Below are positions 1 through 13,122 of a DNA stretch of 64,000 nt, piece after piece; the stretch's first letter is position 1, and every line of letters starts with the position of its first letter. The stretch comes from Eledone cirrhosa (taxonomy: Eukaryota): positions 119,033 to 183,032 of the forward strand of contig CAXHJY010000961.1 of assembly GCA_964016885.1 (NCBI GenBank), read 5' to 3'. The position numbers and the translations under genes were made by a program. Below the pieces are notes generated by a model that ran no database searches, was not told the origin of the DNA, and was given only the letters and a program-made list of their open reading frames with translations.

Positions 1-96
1 CTATAACTACTATTACTTCTACTACTACTACTACTACTACTATTACTACTACTACTACTATAACTACTATTACTACTACTGATATTATTACTACTA
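1..96. repeat. (CTA)n/(TTA)n microsatellite
   Basis: Direct reading of ctactacta repeats. Confidence 0.95.
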
Positions 97-130
97 GTCG
101 TAGTCTTACCACAAATATTAATGATTCTTA

Positions 131-309
131 TTGGCAGTATCGGTAGAGGGTCGGACACCATGCTTTCCAGCATAGTTACGTCCCTTTACTATCTGTGTTC
201 AAATCCCGCCGAGGTTAACTTTGCCTTTCATCTTTACGGGGTCGATAAAATAAAGTACCAGTAATGCACTGGAATAATTGCTGGCCTTGTGCCAAAAGTA
301 GAAACAATT
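131..309 (+). mobile_element. tRNA-derived SINE, main family (Nin-type core), short form
   Basis: Pol III A-box-like TGGCAGTATCGG, B box GTTCAAATCC, core ACTTTGCCTTTCATCyTTACGGGGTCGATAAAATAAAGTACCAG, 3' end GGCCTTGTGCCAAAAGTAGAAACAATTA. About 30 homologous copies occur in the window. Confidence 0.9.
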
Positions 310-313
310 AATG

Positions 314-742
314 ATTCTTACTATAGGCCCAAGGCGAACAATTTTGGTGGAAAGGGAAAGTCGAATAAATCGACCCCAGCGCATTACTGGTAATTTATTT
401 TATAGACCCTGTAAGGATGAGAGAAAAAGTTAACCTCGACAGGATTTGAACTCAGAACCTAAAAGGCCATAACTCGATGCTGCAAAGCATGTTGTCTTAC
501 GCTCTACTGATACTGCTAATAATAATTGTTTTTACTTTAAGCACAAGGGCAGCAGTTTGAAGGGGAGGGGAAAGTGGATTGAATCGACCCCAATGCATTA
601 CTGGTACTTTATTTTATCGACCCCGTAAAGATGGACGGCAAAGTTAACCTCGGCGGGATTTGAACTCAGAACATAAAGGGCCATAACTCTATGCTGTAAA
701 GCATGGCATCTGACGCACTCCCGATACTTGCTAATCCACCAA
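314..742 (-). mobile_element. Two tandem copies of the main SINE (long form), 314-520 and 525-742
   Basis: Reverse complement of the core (CTGGTACTTTATTTTATCGACCCCGTAAaGATG...AAAGTTAACCTCGGCGGGATTTGAACTC) occurs twice. Confidence 0.9.
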
Positions 743-1629
743 TAAAAATAATAATATCTTTATTTGCCACAAGGCCTAGAGAAATAATTTCAGTTAGTAA
801 TATCCATCAGATGCCAAGCAGTATAGTCTTCATTCTTTCATCTTATCCAATTGTCATATCCATAACTTCCACTCCTCTCCTTTCATCACCTTATCTTCAC
901 ATTATATTATAGCTCCATCTCTTGTCACACAGAACACTCTCTCATTTATCTCCCCTTCTTTCTTTCATCAATCGTTCTTTGTGACATCACATCTCCAACT
1001 TGCTCAGTACAACACCTCAAGACACCCTCTATCCCAATCTCCCTCTCTGTATATATATATATATATATATATGTGTATATATATGGTTATGTATCTCGCT
1101 AGCTCTGTCTCTCTATATATGTCTGTGCATATATATATATAGGTGTGTGTATATGTGTATATATAGGTGTGTGTATATGTGTATATATAGATGTGTGTGT
1201 ATATATACACATATATTAATCTCTCACACTCTGCCACTCTCATCTCTGATTACTAGATATCTAATCATATATTAACTCAACGCGTCTTCATTTGATCTCC
1301 CCCCCCCCTCTCTCCCTGTTTCTCTGTCTCTCCCCCACATCCACCCCCTCCCCTGATTATTCCTTGCAGTTATCTAATCAAACATATCTTAACATACCTT
1401 TATTTCTTCTCTCTCTCTCTCTCGATTTAAACCCTATCTATCAATCTATCTATCTATGTCTGTATTTATCTCTCTCTCTCTTTATATATATATAAAGAGA
1501 GAGAGATAAATACAGACATAGATAGATAGGGTCTAAACGGAAACTTCAATACTTATATATGTATATATATATCTGTATACACATACACGCATATATATAC
1601 ATATATATGTATACATACACACACACACA

Positions 1630-1696
<67 letters not shown>

Positions 1697-1699
<3 letters not shown>

Positions 1700-1886
1700 A
1701 AAAAATATGACCTCGATGGCAGAGCTCAAGCCGTTTCGACGGCTATTTCTGGACTGAAATAGCCGTCGTAACGTCTTGAGCTCTGCCGTCGGGGTGATAC
1801 TTTTTCCTATTTCCCACTCTACTACCCCAAGTATTGAGTACTCTGGTGCGTTATGGTCCATCTGGTTCCTTACCACAACTCCTTTG

Positions 1887-1888
<2 letters not shown>
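1697..1888 (+). mobile_element. Hairpin-bearing ~190-bp non-autonomous element embedded in (TA)n, copy 1
   Basis: Inverted repeat 1697-1808 plus a unique tail. Homologous copies at 20691-20865 and 27567-27758 in the opposite orientation; all are flanked by (TA)n. Confidence 0.8.
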
Positions 1889-1952
<64 letters not shown>

Positions 1953-2247
1953 ACTACCCTATTTCCCCCTCCCCCTCCACTCCTCATCACACCCTCAACA
2001 TCTTCACTGTCTTTACCATCAGCGCACTCACACTCCTCTTCTCTGATCTTATCTTCCATCTTCCATCGTCTTCTCCTTCTCAACTATGTATTTCAATAAT
2101 GAATCTTATCACATTATTATAATGTATGTCGGGAGATGAGATCATCTGCTGATACATTGAACAGATACATTCTTACAGTGATCGCCATTAGAAAAATAAC
2201 ACCTACATACGTACTTAAATACATACATACCTAAGTGTACACATACC

Positions 2248-2289
<42 letters not shown>

Positions 2290-2331
2290 TGTGTGCGCGT
2301 GTGTGTGTATATATATATATGTTTGCATATA

Positions 2332-2365
<34 letters not shown>

Positions 2366-2424
2366 GATATATGTGTGTATGCATGTATATATATATTATA
2401 TATATATATATGTGTATGTATATA

Positions 2425-2535
<111 letters not shown>

Positions 2536-2708
2536 CTGACTAGTTGGTGTGTAAACTACTTGATTGATTCTAGATAGCAGAGTGGTTCTTAGCTGAGTAA
2601 AATGACATATACACCATACTATAACATATACTATACTACACTATATACACAAGCATGCATATATACATACGTAAGTGTAACACACGCACACACCACACAC
2701 TCACACAC

Positions 2709-2763
<55 letters not shown>

Positions 2764-3239
2764 GTATATACTTACGTATGTACGCATATAATACATACAC
2801 ACAAACATATGTACTACGTACACACAATTTTACACGTGCGAATATACATCTATACATACGTACATGCAGGTATACATAAGTGCATGCATGTATACATATA
2901 TATACACACATACATACAAGCATAGATAACTACATACATATATACGTATACAGAATCATAACCACATACGTAGAAACATTTATATATAGACATACATACA
3001 AGCATACATACACATTCATACATACACATACATACGTACATACATCAAAAGCCTACTAGATAACATTGCTCTAACTGACATTTACAACTCCAAACCTCAA
3101 GCAAGCAGCCAATGCCTGAACAAGAGATTCATTCTCAATTGGAAAACAATCACGCAAAGACGACCATATTGAATGGTCCCCGATAATGCGATTATCACTG
3201 GCAGTATAAAAGTGTTAATGTATGTATATGTGCTTCTGT

Positions 3240-3970
<731 letters not shown>

Positions 3971-4249
3971 AGAGTGTGTTGTAGTTTGCTTGAAGCATTG
4001 TTGCATAGGAAAGACGAATATAAATAATTTTTTAAAACCATACAATGCACTAGAAAATTAAAATTGCTAAGGTAATATTCTATTGTTATCTTAGCAATTT
4101 TAATTTTTTAGTGCATTGTATCGTTTTCAAAATTATTTAAATATATATATGTGTGTGTGTGTGTGTGCGTGTGTGTGTGCTTGTGTGAATGCATGTGTTA
4201 ATGGAGGTCCTTTATGCATGTACCTATATGTGTGCGCGTTTGCAAAGTT

Positions 4250-4302
<53 letters not shown>

Positions 4303-4395
4303 GTCTGTATGTGCGTATATGTATATATATATATGTGTGTGTATATATATATAAGTATATATATGTGTGTGTGTATATATGTATATATATGTGTG

Positions 4396-4472
<77 letters not shown>

Positions 4473-4493
4473 ATATGTATATATATGTGTGTC

Positions 4494-4524
<31 letters not shown>

Positions 4525-4543
4525 GTAGAGAGAGTGAGTGAGT

Positions 4544-4581
<38 letters not shown>

Positions 4582-4970
4582 TACAGATACAGGTACAGGT
4601 ACATATAGGTAGAAACACAGACATTCTTTCATGATTATATGTCAGACATTCGGACACGAAACATTGTTGATGTATTTAGTGAAATTGTCTTATCTGGGCA
4701 GACATGGTGTCCACACTGTAGAGATGTAGTAGAAGATTGAGTCAGAACAAGCGAATAACGTTATAGCGGAATAATGGAATAATGGAATGATGGAAATATT
4801 TTGCTATTCTCTGCACTGATTCATCTTAAAGAGGACGTTGGCAGAAGTACAAGGAGGAGGAGGGCGATGAAGGAGAAGAGGAATGAGGGGGAGGAGGTAG
4901 AAGAACAAGAACAAGAAAAAGAAAAAGAACAAGAAAGAGAAGAAGAAAAAGAAAAAGAACAACAACAACA

Positions 4971-5028
<58 letters not shown>

Positions 5029-5055
5029 CTCCTCCTCCTCCTCCTCCTCCTCCTC

Positions 5056-5086
<31 letters not shown>

Positions 5087-5285
5087 AAATAGGAAGGGGA
5101 TGAGGAGGAAAAATAACGTTCTAGAAGAGATGAATATAATGATTTTATTTATTAGCCACAGAGGCCGACATGAATACAATAACCGTTGTGAAGAACAGCA
5201 ATAACGAGAAGACCACCACCAGAACAACAACAACAACTTTAACAGTAATGTTAATAACAACAACAATATTGAAATGGTAAACACC

Positions 5286-5317
<32 letters not shown>

Positions 5318-5428
5318 CGTAAAATAAAAACTTAAATGATAAGAATAAAATGATTAAAAATTATTAAAAAAACACAAATGAAATAAAGAAAACAACATAA
5401 AAACAAGAACAAATTTACAATAAACATT

Positions 5429-5463
<35 letters not shown>

Positions 5464-5517
5464 CTGTTTGTATATATGTGTGTTTGTATATGTGTGTGTG
5501 TTATATATGTATATATA

Positions 5518-5548
<31 letters not shown>

Positions 5549-5622
5549 GTGTGCGCATGTGTATATATATATATGTATATATGTATGCGTGTATATATAT
5601 ATAAGAAATATATGTGTGTGTG

Positions 5623-5656
<34 letters not shown>

Positions 5657-6246
5657 TGTGTCTGTATATATATATATATATATATGTCTGTATATATATA
5701 TATGTATGTATATATACGGAAAAAATGAAACGAAATTTCATTTCCCACTCTTAGTACGGCTGTTACTTAAATATAAGTATGTATACGTACATACATATAT
5801 GGATACAGACGTACAGTAGCATGTATATATATATACATACATGCACACATATATATATGTACGTATGGTTTCACCGAACATTTATTATAATGCTCGGTGT
5901 GTTTGTAAACAAACATCCCGTATTAAGCCGTAGTGTCTAGCAACCATCGTTGCTCGTTTGTTCAACACTGACAAAGGAACGCTGTACTAGTTTCAAGCTT
6001 ATTAGCTATCGTCAGCAACGTCTAACTTCCTGCCAAATGATTGAACGTCTGAAAGTATATACTTTCCTTATGCATATTAACGGGTGATAGCCCAATTTGC
6101 ATATCGAGTGAGTTAATCGGCCGGGCGCACCGAAAACGATAAACGGAAAAAATGAAACGAAATTTCATTTCCCACTCTTAATACGGCTGTTACTTAAATA
6201 TAAGTATGTACACGTACATATATATATGTATACAGACGTACAGTAG

Positions 6247-6293
<47 letters not shown>

Positions 6294-6409
6294 ATATGTA
6301 TGTATATATATATATATGTCTGTATGTATATATACGTATATATATATCAAAAATGTACTGCTACTACTACTGCTATTATTACTAGTGCTGCTACTACTGC
6401 TACTACTAT

Positions 6410-6497
<88 letters not shown>

Positions 6498-6653
6498 TAT
6501 TATTATTATTATTAGCCACACAGGGCTTACATTAAGAGGACAATAGAGAGAGTACATGACAGTTCAGTGTGGGGGTGTTTTTTTGTGTGTGGGGGAATGG
6601 TTTATAAAGATAACAATAATAATAACAATAACAATAATAATAATAATAATAAT

Positions 6654-6734
<81 letters not shown>

Positions 6735-7578
6735 AAGAAGAAGAAGAAGAACAATAATAAGAGACCATTGAAAATCTGTGGAAAAATCACCTATGATATA
6801 TAAACATCTTTTCATGTTGAGCAGCAGCTACTAATTCAATTAAAAACTTTAAAGAAGCGAATTATATGTCTGTCTGATTATTGTAGAACCAACTGGTGAA
6901 CCGATAAAATGGTAAATTCTTCTAGGCAGCGAATAACAACAACAACAACTTAAAAACTTCATAATGAGAATAATAATGATAATAATAATAATAATATACA
7001 GTAATGAAAATCTCAGCCAAAACAGATTTTTCTGTCATATTTCCAGTATAGAGTTCTGGAAGAAAAAAGAACAATGAGAGCGAAAATACAAGAGTGAGAA
7101 AGGAAGAGAGGGGGAGAGGGTGGGTAGAGAGGAGGAGATAGGAGGGAGATATAGGGGGAGAAAAAGAAGGGGGGAGAGATAGGGTGAGGGTGGGGAGAAA
7201 GAGAGGGAGTGAGAGAGAGAGAGAAGGAATATGATTGTGTATATATGTGTATAGATATATAGATATTCTCACGTGTCATATATATATATATATATATATA
7301 CATGCAAATATGTATATATAAATGTACACAAACACTCGCACATATATATAAATATTATACAATTACATATATATACATTCATATATAAATATACATATAT
7401 ATATATATATACATATATACATATTATACCTATACATATACACCTATTATACACATGCATATATACATAGTATGCCTATACATATATACCTATTATACAT
7501 ATGCATATATACATATATATATATATATATATACATACATATATGTATACATATAAATATACATATATGTATATATAC

Positions 7579-7623
<45 letters not shown>

Positions 7624-8017
7624 TATACATATATATACATATATATATATACATATATATATATACATATATATACATATATATATACATATATATACAT
7701 ATATATACATATATATATATACATATATATATACATATATATATATCAATTAACACTTAGAATTTAATATTCTATCGTACTATTTCATTATAATACCATT
7801 ATATATTTTAAAGGATTGTAAATAAAACGAGTAAATCAGACAAAGTTGGAATTCCTTTTATTAATATATATACATATATATACATATTTATACATATATA
7901 TACATATTTATACATATATATATACATATATATATATACATATATATACATATATATATACATATATACATATATATATATCCATATATGTATATACAAT
8001 ATACATATATAAATACA

Positions 8018-8062
<45 letters not shown>

Positions 8063-8176
8063 ATATACATATATATATACATATATATATATACACATAT
8101 ATATACATATATATATACAATATACATATATATATATATACACATAAATATACATATATATATATATACAATATAC

Positions 8177-8212
<36 letters not shown>

Positions 8213-8218
<6 letters not shown>

Positions 8219-8400
8219 GTTTTTACTTTAGGCACAACGCCACCAATAACCCAGTGCATTACTGGTACTTTATTTTATCGACCGTAACGATGAAAGGCAA
8301 AGTCAACTTCGGCGGGATTTGAACTCAGATCGTAAAGGGACATAACTATGCTGCAAAGCATGGCGTCCGACCCTCTGCCGATACTGCCAACCCAGCGCCA
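8213..8400 (-). mobile_element. Main SINE copy
   Basis: Reverse complement of A box, B box, core and 3' tail. Confidence 0.9.
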
Positions 8401-8406
8401 ATATTG

Positions 8407-8438
<32 letters not shown>

Positions 8439-8553
8439 CATATAATATATTATATATATATATATTATTGGCAACATGACCCTCCTAAAGTATAACAATA
8501 TATATATACACACATATATATACATATATATATATATATACACATATATATAC

Positions 8554-8606
<53 letters not shown>

Positions 8607-8655
8607 CATACATATATATATATACATATATATATACATATACATACATATATAC

Positions 8656-8688
<33 letters not shown>

Positions 8689-8712
8689 CATATATATACA
8701 CATATATATTAC

Positions 8713-8759
<47 letters not shown>

Positions 8760-8774
8760 CATATATATATATAC

Positions 8775-8839
<65 letters not shown>

Positions 8840-8868
8840 TTTTAGTCTTCAAATTTATTATTATTACT

Positions 8869-8908
<40 letters not shown>

Positions 8909-9120
8909 TATATACATATATATATATGTAGATAAATCTACCAAAATGTACGGTAGTGTCCAATTCGTATGAAGAACTCAATGTAATCCGAATATCATGA
9001 AAAGAGAAGATGTATTAAAAAAATTTTTTTCGATGAAAAATACACGAAAACAGAGTCAAGATAAATTAATAAAAATAATGAATAAACAAAGGAAACAGTT
9101 CCTTATATTAAAAAATTCCT

Positions 9121-9250
9121 CATTTTACGATCGTTTCTAGGATATATATGTTAGTGTTGGTATGCATATCCTATAGATCTATGTAAAATTTTTACAAACT
9201 ATGAGAAGGAATATACATACCTACACATATATATGCTGTCTTCAGAAATA
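9121..9250 (-). ncRNA. Type I hammerhead ribozyme motif with ~100-nt extended stem II
   Basis: Minus strand reads TATTT-CTGAAGA-[long hairpin]-GAAA-CGATCG-TA-AAATG. Stem I is ATTT/AAAT and stem III is the palindrome ACGATCGT. Confidence 0.7.
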
Positions 9251-9700
9251 ATGATATTTGTTTATTGAAAAAAAACCAACAAAGATTTAATAAAATAGGT
9301 CTGTTTGGGAACAAGTTTTGAATTGACCAATAGAAAGATAGTGAAGGTTAAGATAGTAAAATAGTTGTAAAAGAACCTTAATTTAGGGGTAGAGGAAGGT
9401 AGATTTCAGTTTTGGATGGAAAGAATATTATGAATGAAAGATTATTTTAGGGCTGAAAATAGGTCATATGCTGTCTTCAGAAATAATTATATTTGTTCAT
9501 TGAATAAAACTAACAAAGATTTAATATAATAGGTCTGTTTGGGAACAGGTTTTGAATTGACCAACAGAAAGGTAATAACTGGCTAAATGGTAAAATAGTA
9601 GTATTGGAACTTTAATTTAGGGGTAGAAGAAGGCAGATTTCAATTTTGAATGGAAGGAGTATGAAGAATGAAAAGGTTATTTTAGGGGTGAAAATAGGTC
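9230..9700. repeat. Two diverged ~237-bp tandem units
   Basis: ATATGCTGTCTTCAGAAATAAT...TTTTAGGGsTGAAAATAGGTC occurs twice. Confidence 0.85.
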
Positions 9701-10216
9701 AGGTCGGTAAAAGGTAGACGAAAAATTGCTGTTATAAAAGAATAATGCCAATGTAAATATCTAAGGAGACTAAAATTTTACGATAAATGTGTTAGTGAAA
9801 AAAATATATATATGGAATTTACATCTATGAAAAGAAAGTAAATTAATTAAATTGATAGGTATATTTATATTGATAAAATTATATTAATGCATATAGATAT
9901 GATAAATAAGAGTTAGATGTAATTGAAGAGTGCTGTTAAAGACGAGGGAAGTAAAAAAAAAATATATATATATAATTATTGGGGGGGGGGGGGGTTAAAT
10001 TTATTAGTGAGAAATAACAAATGTATAGAGATTACAAGGAACATAGAATCATAACCTGAAATTAAAACAGTATATATGTATACTTAATGGTATCAATTTT
10101 AGGAAAAGATAGTTGTAAAAAGGAAAATAAAATTATGTAGTTCATTAGCAGTAGAATATTAATTATAGGTTAACTAAATTAAAAAAATGTTATTATAATA
10201 ATTTCTAAAGTGTATA

Positions 10217-10655
10217 TTAATAGGGTTTATAATATTTAAAGGTTTTTCTCAGTTTATGATTACACGATATTATTAATTCCTGTCGCTTATTTAATAGGAT
10301 ATCCTTAGATTTCATTATTTCAAAAAGTTGTTGGGAACACAATCTACATTCATATCTATTATTTTGATAAGGGGTGGCCCTTTTGAGCACACTCCAGGTC
10401 AGGTCATTATCTATATTCCTCTTTCTATAATTATTCATTATTTCAGCTAAAGATGTTGTATTAGCTAATGCGGCATTTTTAAAACTGTGTTTGTGGGTAT
10501 TAAATCATACTTTAAATTGGTTAGAGGTAGCTCCTATATATGAATAAATTGAGTCCTTAGTGTTAACTTTACATTTATATACTATGTTATTAACAAGGCA
10601 ATTTCCTTTTAATGGGCAATTTGCTTTGTTTCTACAGTTACAACTTTTCGTGAAT
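10217..10655 (-). pseudogene. Penelope-like GIY-YIG endonuclease domain with one in-frame stop
   Basis: Joining ORFs 10505..11065 and 10217..10438 in one frame gives [89 protein letters not shown], with typical PLE linker cysteines, VY..YIG, CxxC and LNKR motifs. Confidence 0.88.
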
Positions 10656-10721
10656 CCTATATATACAATATACATACAGATATATATATATATATACAAT
10701 ATACATATATATATACAATAT

Positions 10722-10806
<85 letters not shown>

Positions 10807-10998
10807 ATATATACAATATACATATATATAATATACATATAATATATATATATATACATATATATATACATATATATACATATATATATACATATATATA
10901 CATATATATATACACACATATATATATATACAATATACATATATATATATAATATATAAATACACATACATACACACACATATATATATATATATAAA

Positions 10999-11059
<61 letters not shown>

Positions 11060-11109
11060 ATACATATTGTATATGTATGTACATATATATGTACATACCT
11101 ATATATGTA

Positions 11110-11770
11110 CATGATGGCTGCCCCCTCGTTATCGAGTATGGCCATTGCACGAGAAACAAAAACAACATAATAATAACAATAATAATAATAATAACGACAA
11201 TAATAATAACGACAACAACAACAATGACAATATATATATACATATATATATACACACACACACGCACACACATAAACATATATATACACACACACGATAG
11301 CAACTAACAGCGCTGCGATTTGTGGCTTTTTAGCTCAGCCAATGGTCTAAAATGTCTTGCACAGAGTCGGCAACCAAAACATTCACTGGGAATAGTCGGC
11401 TGTGGTTGGAGTTCGTGTACTTTTGCATGTCGCTTGAGCCCTCCTGCTGATTTACATTCTCTACCACATGTTTGGCAAGCATGATGAGTAGCATCTCCAA
11501 CAGCAGCCTGGTAGTCAACCACTGGTCTTACTTTATGACTGCGAAGATGACTTTCGAGTCCAGCTTTGCTTAGGCAGAGTCTCGCACAGACGCTGCATGT
11601 CAGCACCATAGGAGGACCCTCGCCGTCTGGAAGTGCAACAGCAATGCCCTTCCTCACATCCCGCTTTACTTTCTCGTATGCGATTCGAGATGCCTCAAAG
11701 GCAACTTTTCCCTCATATACAGTCTTTCTCCATTTATTACGATCTGCAGCAACATTTTCCCATATATTTC
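11110..11770 (-). mobile_element. 3' end of an RTE-clade LINE with a C-terminal C2H2 zinc-finger array
   Basis: Frame reads [18 protein letters not shown] (RTE C-terminal W..A.DR..WR motif), then CSVC..HLRSH, CQTC..HAKVH and a degenerate third finger CRLC..H. The terminal stem-loop CTCGATAACGAG-GGGGCAGCCATCAT at 11110-11150 is separated by a microsatellite. Confidence 0.8.
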
Positions 11771-12940
11771 AAAATATATGTACATACATATATATGTATA
11801 TATATATATATGTACATACATATATATGTATATATATATATATGTACATACATATATATGTATTTTCAATACATATATATGTACATATATATATATGTAC
11901 ATATATATATATGTACATACATATATATGTACATACATATATATATGTACATACATATATATATGTACATACATATATACATACATATATATGTACATTC
12001 ATATATATGTACATACATATATATGTACATATATATATATGTACATACATATATATGTACATATATATATATGTACATACATATATATGTACATTCATAT
12101 ATATGTACATATATATATATGTACATATATATATATGTACATACATATATATGTACATTCATATATATGTACATATATATATATGTACATACATATATAT
12201 TTACATATATATATATGTATGTACATATATATGTACATACATATATATGTATGTACATATATATGTACATACATATATATGTACATTCATTTATATGTAT
12301 GTACATATATATGTATGTACATATATATATATGTACATATATATCTACATACATATATATGTATGTACATATATATGTACATACATATATATGTACATAC
12401 ATATATATGTACATACATATATATGTACATACATATATATGTACACATATATATATGTATATATATATATATATGTACATATATGTATGTATATATATAT
12501 ATGTACATATATATGTATGTACATATATATGTACATACATATATATGTGTACATATATATGTATGTACATATATATGTATGTACATATATATGTACATAT
12601 ATATATATATACATATATATATGTGTACATATATATGTATGTACATATATATGTACATATATATGTATGTACATATATATGTATGTACATATATATGTAC
12701 ATATATATATATATACATATATATATGTGTACATATATATGTATGTACATATATATGTATGTACATATATATGTACATACATATATACTGCTAAGTTTTA
12801 ATGTTGGTTTCTAGACATGTTCCTATCATCTCTGGACTTATGATTAATTATTTTTTTAATCAAGTTCATACTGAATAACTAACAGCCTATACAGACATTA
12901 TATTAGCAGACGTTTGAAATGTGTATATAAACACATACAC

Positions 12941-12998
<58 letters not shown>

Positions 12999-13089
12999 TA
13001 TGCTTATATATATACACATATATACATACATATATACATATATATATATACATATATATGTATATACACATATATTCATACATATATAC

Positions 13090-13122
<33 letters not shown>

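Larger units (their letters stand above)
8930..10655 (-). mobile_element. 5'-truncated Penelope-like element (endonuclease end plus 3' UTR/pseudo-LTR)
   Basis: GIY-YIG endonuclease relic followed on the same strand by an AT-rich 3' region with a tandem duplication and a hammerhead motif. Both ends abut (TA)n. Confidence 0.75.

Noticed and set aside
131-200. tRNA genes at SINE heads
   Set aside because: A and B boxes are present but there is no cloverleaf. They are SINE promoters.
199-384. Recurrent short ORFs ending MKGKVNLGGI
   Set aside because: Antisense translation of the non-coding SINE core.
11304-11657. Host C2H2 zinc-finger transcription factor gene
   Set aside because: It is in frame with an RTE C-terminal motif, lacks TGEKP linkers and is followed by a retroelement 3' terminus.
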